A DNA stretch of 52,896 bases from Desulfurococcaceae archaeon (GTDB taxonomy: Archaea > Thermoproteota > Thermoprotei_A > Sulfolobales > NBVN01): positions 1 through 52,896 of the forward strand of contig JAJHQR010000003.1 of NCBI GenBank assembly GCA_020833255.1. The letters are read 5' to 3'. Below, piece after piece: positions 48,135 through 52,896 of the stretch. The notes beneath the pieces are model-generated. The model had not been told where the DNA came from, searched no databases, and was given only the letters and a program-made list of their open reading frames with translations. Positions within the stretch are counted from its first letter, which is position 1, and each line of letters starts with the position of its first letter. Both the position numbers and the translations under genes were made by a program.

Positions 48135-48818
48135 ATGAAGTATCGTGAGCTACTCTACGACCTATTGTTTAACTACGTGGAAGCTCTTGAGTGCAGGGAT
48201 CTCAGCGTGACGGTTAATAGACCGGATATTAGGCAAGAGCTAATTAACGTGGTTAAATCGCTGAATGCTTCGGAAGGGTTGAGGAAGAACCTGAATTACT
48301 ACACTCAAGTCTACAAAGACTTCTTAAAGAACTACCTTAAGGCACCGTACAGCAAGACAGGGTACTCACCTGAGAATCTAGCCAGGACGTTCCTGAGAAA
48401 CCCACTCGCTAGAGTCAAGAACGATCTCGAAGGGATTAGATACGTGACAGAGTTGAAGACCTTCATACCCACGCTAATGGTGGATAGCGATAAGGTAAGC
48501 CTACCCCTAATACTCCGTAAAGCACTTAAACGTGAGACCATCCCCAGCCTTAAGTCAGTCTTAGAACTCTCGGGGTATGAGTTAGTCTTAGCAGATAGCG
48601 CGAACAGACCTATCTACGTACTCTTCTCGAAAAGGAACAAGCTCTACGCAGTAAGCAGGAATACCGCGAGAGTGATAGTGTTATCGTTCGGAGTGCACGG
48701 ACTCCCCAGATACTTCGTCAACCAATCAGTCAATACTTTCAAGAAATTAATAGCTATGTACTATCCTCAAAGCGTTTGCGAGCACTTGAACGTGAGGACA
48801 GTAGTGAAAACACCCTGA
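48135..48818 (+). CDS. Hypothetical protein, possibly a degenerate B3/B4 (PheRS-beta editing-like) domain
   Basis: Y.DF.......SPENLAR.FLR and D.DKV..PL.LR...E patterns, ELVLADS; weak. Confidence 0.5.
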   Translation: MKYRELLYDLLFNYVEALECRDLSVTVNRPDIRQELINVVKSLNASEGLRKNLNYYTQVYKDFLKNYLKAPYSKTGYSPENLARTFLRNPLARVKNDLEGIRYVTELKTFIPTLMVDSDKVSLPLILRKALKRETIPSLKSVLELSGYELVLADSANRPIYVLFSKRNKLYAVSRNTARVIVLSFGVHGLPRYFVNQSVNTFKKLIAMYYPQSVCEHLNVRTVVKTP

Positions 48819-48892
48819 AAACTAAAGACTAAGACTTAAAGACTTATTTGATATTCTCAGAGTTTATGAGGGGGTCTTAAACGACGATTAAA

Positions 48893-49987
48893 GTGAACTC
48901 TCCGTACATAACGGAGGATGAGGTGCGGGAAGTAGTTAAGGTTCTGAGAAGTGGTAATCTGGCTGCGGGGGAGTACACTCGTTTATTCGAGGAGTCGTTC
49001 GCTAGGTACTTAGGGGTGAGACACGTCCTCACGGTAAGTAACGGTACGGTGGCTCTCTACCTAGCTCTCAAAGCCTTAGGTATCGGTCCTGGGGACGAGG
49101 TGGCTGTGCCGGATTTCACTTTCTTCGCAACCGCCTCGTCAGTAGTTCTAGCCGGGGGTAGGGTGATTCCAGTAGATATAGATTTGGAGACCTACAACAT
49201 AGACCCTAACGACTTAAGAGAAAGACTTACTGGGAAAACCAAGGCCGTCATACTCGTTCATTTATACGGTCAGCCAGCGGACGTGGATGGTGTGAGGGAG
49301 GTACTGGATGGTAAGACCGTCTTCCTGATTGAGGATTGCGCGCAGTCGCACGGGGCTGAGTATAAGGGGGTTAAGACAGGGTCTCTAGGCGTGGTAGCTG
49401 CTTTCAGCTTCTACGCTACGAAGAACTTGACTATGGGTGAGGGGGGTGCTGTAGCGACTAACCGAGACGATATAGCTGAGTATGTGAAGCTTCAGAGGAA
49501 TCACGGGCAGGTTGAGAAGTATTTCCATTCGGTGATTGGCTGGAACTTCAGGATAACCGATCTGCAAGCAGTGTTAGGCTACGTTCAGCTAGCTAAGCTG
49601 GATAAGATGAATGAGAGGAGGCGTGCTATAGCTAAGATATATAACGAGGAACTCACGGGAATTAAGTTTCTGAAGCTTCCTGTTGAGAAGTCGTACGCTA
49701 AGCACGTCTACCATCAATACACTGTGTGGGTTCACGGTGACGGCGTTAGGGATAGGTTGAGTGAGTTCCTCAGGGCTAGGGGGGTGCAGACAGCAGTTCA
49801 CTACCCCAATCCCGTACACATGCAGCCTGCTCTCAGGGATTACTTGGTCATGAGTAGGAAGCTAGTTAATTCTGTGGAAGCGTCTAAGCACGTCCTCTCA
49901 CTCCCTATGCACCCAGGCTTAAGCGACGAAGACGTTTTGACCGTCGTTGAATATATTAAGGAGTTTTTCAGGGATCTTAAAGTTTAG
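48893..49987 (+). CDS. DegT/DnrJ/EryC1/StrS PLP aminotransferase
   Basis: SNGT.AL, VHLYG, EDCAQSHG, FSFYATKN...GEGG. Confidence 0.92.
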   Translation: MNSPYITEDEVREVVKVLRSGNLAAGEYTRLFEESFARYLGVRHVLTVSNGTVALYLALKALGIGPGDEVAVPDFTFFATASSVVLAGGRVIPVDIDLETYNIDPNDLRERLTGKTKAVILVHLYGQPADVDGVREVLDGKTVFLIEDCAQSHGAEYKGVKTGSLGVVAAFSFYATKNLTMGEGGAVATNRDDIAEYVKLQRNHGQVEKYFHSVIGWNFRITDLQAVLGYVQLAKLDKMNERRRAIAKIYNEELTGIKFLKLPVEKSYAKHVYHQYTVWVHGDGVRDRLSEFLRARGVQTAVHYPNPVHMQPALRDYLVMSRKLVNSVEASKHVLSLPMHPGLSDEDVLTVVEYIKEFFRDLKV

Positions 49988-50036
49988 AGAAGTCTAAATT
50001 TTATTTATCTCTAAGCAAGTTATACTCGGTGATGGG

Positions 50037-50699
50037 ATGGGGAGACGCATGAGTGAGTCCATAGAGGATTATATTCTCACGGTGTACCGCTTAGAGAAGC
50101 TTTGCGGGGTGGCTAAGACATCTCAGATTTCCAGGGAACTGAACTTGAGGGAGGGTACCGTGAGTAAGGTGTTGAGGAAGTTACGTGATGAGGGATTCGT
50201 TGTCTTGAGTAGGTATAGGGGGGTTAAGCTAAGTGATTTAGGTAGGGAGGTAGCTGAGAGGATATTGAGGAAGCACGCGATAATAGAGGTCTTCCTCACG
50301 GATTTCCTAGGCTTTGATAAGCTTAAAGCACACTACCTAGCGGATAAAATGGAGCACCTGCCTGATGAGGTGGTTGAGGCCATATACCACAAGTTAGGTA
50401 AGCCGAGCTTACGTCACCACATATCGTTCGTGAGGGAGTTAAGCGAGGAAGATTATAAGCGGGTGATTCCTCTCACGAAGGTCGCCCCTAACAAGTGTTA
50501 TGTGGTCACCCACCTCTACGTCGAGTTAAGCACCGTTCTCGAAAAGCTATCTAAGTCTAATTGCGGGTACCCGTGCGTGATACGTGTTGAGGGCCTAGGT
50601 TCTAAAGGGGTTTCAGTGAGTGTTTCCGGCGTTGAAGTAGTTTTTACCTACCAGGAAGGAGAGTCTATATTCGTTAAGGAGGTGCAGTGCGGTGAGTAA
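50037..50699 (+). CDS. DtxR/MntR metal-dependent regulator with C-terminal FeoA/SH3-like domain
   Basis: EDYIL..Y, helix-turn-helix, RKH..IE.FL, A..MEH. Confidence 0.88.
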   Translation: MGRRMSESIEDYILTVYRLEKLCGVAKTSQISRELNLREGTVSKVLRKLRDEGFVVLSRYRGVKLSDLGREVAERILRKHAIIEVFLTDFLGFDKLKAHYLADKMEHLPDEVVEAIYHKLGKPSLRHHISFVRELSEEDYKRVIPLTKVAPNKCYVVTHLYVELSTVLEKLSKSNCGYPCVIRVEGLGSKGVSVSVSGVEVVFTYQEGESIFVKEVQCGE

Positions 50700-50937
50700 G
50701 CAGGTTTCCCCTCTTTCCAGCGTGCCCGAAGGTTGTAGGGTGCGCGTGTACAGGGTGTGTGCCGGTAGAGGCCTCTCAACAAGGCTTTACCAGATGGGGG
50801 TAGTGCCTGGCGAGGAGGTATTGGTGAAGCACAATAATAAAGGCTTCATCATACTAGAGGTTAGGGGGGTGGAGATAAGTCTTAGTAAGGGCATTGCTTC
50901 GAAGATAGAGGTTGAGTGCTTGACTAACCGTCTTTAA
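50692..50937 (+). CDS. feoA: FeoA family protein
   Basis: RL..MGVVPG..V, V.G.EISL..GIA.KI.V. Confidence 0.85.
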   Translation: MSKQVSPLSSVPEGCRVRVYRVCAGRGLSTRLYQMGVVPGEEVLVKHNNKGFIILEVRGVEISLSKGIASKIEVECLTNRL

Positions 50938-51026
50938 ACGTTATACTTATTCACCGACGCGTGAGACCATCCGTTTTAGCCTGTTTAGTAGAAACAATAA
51001 TTATTAACTCTATCTGCGAAACCTAA

Positions 51027-52202
51027 TTGGTGGATGCTTTGAGTCAGGAAAAATTAAATAGTAAGGTAATTGATGAAGTCCGGAAGATTGTCTGGCCCAG
51101 GAACCTCAAGCTTTTCACGGCAGGTCCTGTCGCATGCTTCCCCGAAGTTCTTGAGGTCATGAAGTTTCAGATGTTTAGCCACAGGTCTAAGGAGTATAGG
51201 GAGCTACATAAGGATACTGTTGAGAGGCTTGCCAGGTTTGTTGAGGCTAGCGAGGGCACCGTCCTCTTATTCCCGAGTAGCGGTACCGGCGTCATGGAGG
51301 CTAGCGTGAGGAATTTCGTCTCGTTAGGCGGTGCCGTCCTCACCACGATAATAGGCGAGTTTGGCTCCAGGTATAGGGAGGTGGTTGAGAGTAATGGTAG
51401 GAGAGCGGTTGTTTTAGAGAAGAACGCTGGCGAGCCTGTTTTCCCCGACGAGTTAGATGAGGCTCTGAGGAAGCATCCTGAAGTGGAGGCTGTGACAATA
51501 ACGTATAATGAGACCAGCACGGGCGTCTTAAACCCGCTTAAGGAGTTAGCTGAGGTTGCTAAGAAACACGGTAAGCTAGTCTTCGTGGACGCGGTCTCCG
51601 CGATGGGGGCTGCTGAGATAAAGTTTGACGCGTGGGGTCTTGACGTCGTGTTCACGAGTAGTCAGAAAGCTTTCGGGGTGCCTCCGGGCTTGGCTGTCGG
51701 GGTGTTCAGTAAGGAGGCTCTGAAGAAAGCTGAGGCAATACCTAGCAGGGGCTGGTATTTCGACGTGCTGAAGTACCTACACTACCAAGAGAAAGAGTGG
51801 TCGACCCCCTCAACACCCCCGATACCTCAGATAATAGGCCTGAACGTCATGTTGAGGGTGGTTGATGAGATGGGCGGTAAGAGTGCTTGGCTTTCCATGT
51901 ATTCCGAGAGAGCTAAGATGGTTAGGGACGGGGTTACGAGACTCGGGCTAGAACTCTTCGCTAGGAGAGGCTACGAGTCACCCACAATCACCTCCGTTAA
52001 GTCTCCTGAAGGTATTGACGGGTACGAGGTCTACAGCAGGGTTCGTGAGAGGGGTTACGAGATAGCGGCTGGTTACGGGAAGTTTAAGAAGACTTCGTTC
52101 AGGATAGGGCACATGGGTTACATGCCTAAAGAGTACATAGAGGAGGTGCTGGGAGTGATTAAGGAGGTGTTAGCTGAGCTCGGGTGGGTGGGAAAGAAAT
52201 GA
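51027..52202 (+). CDS. Class V aminotransferase (serine-pyruvate/alanine-glyoxylate type)
   Basis: TAGPV, SHRS, SGTGVMEA, NETSTG, VDAVS, SQKAFGVPPG, FRIGHMG. Confidence 0.9.
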   Translation: MVDALSQEKLNSKVIDEVRKIVWPRNLKLFTAGPVACFPEVLEVMKFQMFSHRSKEYRELHKDTVERLARFVEASEGTVLLFPSSGTGVMEASVRNFVSLGGAVLTTIIGEFGSRYREVVESNGRRAVVLEKNAGEPVFPDELDEALRKHPEVEAVTITYNETSTGVLNPLKELAEVAKKHGKLVFVDAVSAMGAAEIKFDAWGLDVVFTSSQKAFGVPPGLAVGVFSKEALKKAEAIPSRGWYFDVLKYLHYQEKEWSTPSTPPIPQIIGLNVMLRVVDEMGGKSAWLSMYSERAKMVRDGVTRLGLELFARRGYESPTITSVKSPEGIDGYEVYSRVRERGYEIAAGYGKFKKTSFRIGHMGYMPKEYIEEVLGVIKEVLAELGWVGKK

Positions 52203-52896
52203 AGGCGTTAATAGCTGCCCCAGTCCACAGAGACGCCATAAAGATGCTTGAGGACGCAGGTATTCAGGTAGTTTATAAGGAGTACCCCTCGGAAAAAGAG
52301 TTAAGTGAGTTGATAGTGGACGCGGACATCTTATTCGTCAGGAGTAAGCCGTTGGTCACGGCCGAAGTAATAAGCAAAGCCGGGAAACTGAAGGTAATTG
52401 CTAGAGCTGGTGTAGGGCTTGACAACATAGACGTTAAAGCGGCTGAGGCTAGGGGAATCAAGGTAATTAACACCCCTGAAGCAACGAGCAGGAGCGTGGC
52501 CGAGCTAACCATAGGTTTAATGCTCTCCGTAGCTAGGAAGATAGCTTACTCTGACAGGAAGATGCGTGAGGGTAAGTGGGTAAAGAAAGAAGCTGAGGGA
52601 ATAGAGCTTAAGGGCAAGACGTTAGGGATAATAGGGTTTGGCAGGATAGGTAGGGAGGTTGCCGCGATAGCTTCTAAAGGCTTGGGCATGAGAGTACTGT
52701 ATTACGACGTCTACAGAGCGAGCCCAGAGATAGAGAGGGAATTAGGCGCCACTTTCGTGGACTTGGAGACTTTAGCGAGGGAGTCTGATGTTGTTAGTGT
52801 TCATGTTCCTCTTACTCCTGAGACTAGGTGGTTGGTTGGTGAGGGTTTGTTGAGGTTGATGAAGAAGAACGCAATACTAATAAACACTTCAAGAGG
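52199..52896 (+). CDS. serA: D-3-phosphoglycerate/hydroxypyruvate dehydrogenase-like (truncated by window edge)
   Basis: ATG overlaps the upstream stop (ATGA); MKALIAAP..VRSKP.VT..IARAGVGLDNID..SVAELT..GIIGFGRIG..HVPLTPET..INTSR. Confidence 0.75.
   Translation, partial: MKALIAAPVHRDAIKMLEDAGIQVVYKEYPSEKELSELIVDADILFVRSKPLVTAEVISKAGKLKVIARAGVGLDNIDVKAAEARGIKVINTPEATSRSVAELTIGLMLSVARKIAYSDRKMREGKWVKKEAEGIELKGKTLGIIGFGRIGREVAAIASKGLGMRVLYYDVYRASPEIERELGATFVDLETLARESDVVSVHVPLTPETRWLVGEGLLRLMKKNAILINTSR
52800..52896 (+). repeat. 97-bp perfect inverted repeat, copy 2 (reverse complement of 129-225), runs to the window end
   Basis: Direct base comparison. Confidence 0.95.

Noticed and set aside
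393-52512. Many short opposite-strand or alternate-frame ORFs (e.g. 393-584, 1051-1386, 19812-20237, 29223-29738, 41273-41911, 51167-51655, 52273-52512)
   Set aside because: Shadows of well-supported genes; Ser/Thr/Pro/Leu-rich with no motifs
1-52896. CRISPR array, cas genes, integrase, intact transposase or TnpB, rRNA
   Set aside because: No regularly spaced repeats or recognisable ORFs of these kinds were seen by eye

Overview
Gene-dense archaeal chromosomal window. A Thermoproteota/Desulfurococcales-like hyperthermophile is inferred from L38e, DUF2139- and DUF2192-like proteins, an aCcr1-like RHH protein, box C/D RNAs and TATA-type promoters. Most genes are housekeeping or metabolic: AsnRS, TyrRS, class II LysRS, IorAB plus an ADP-forming acyl-CoA synthetase, carboxyltransferase/BCCP/MeaB, an ECF transporter, SufS, hydrogenase maturation (HypD, HypA, Mrp-type), GlmS, SurE, MoeA, RpiA, TrxB, tRNA-Pro(UGG), and a 2-hydroxyacid dehydrogenase running off each edge. 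Notable points: (1) an unannotated three-gene operon (20657-24827) encoding a putative degenerate tubulin/FtsZ-fold protein without the GGGTG motif, a polytopic membrane/coiled-coil/winged-helix protein and a PH-like protein, bracketed by two IS200/IS605 (TnpB omega-RNA-like) remnants whose right ends both face the operon; (2) a 97-bp perfect inverted repeat shared by the two dehydrogenase paralogs at the window ends; (3) a divergent RHH pair, one aCcr1-like gene missed by the ORF track and one with an apparent ATT start; (4) a threonine-synthase-fold protein lacking the PLP lysine and fused to a winged helix; (5) several small structured RNAs. All family calls come from motif recognition by eye; no database searches were run.
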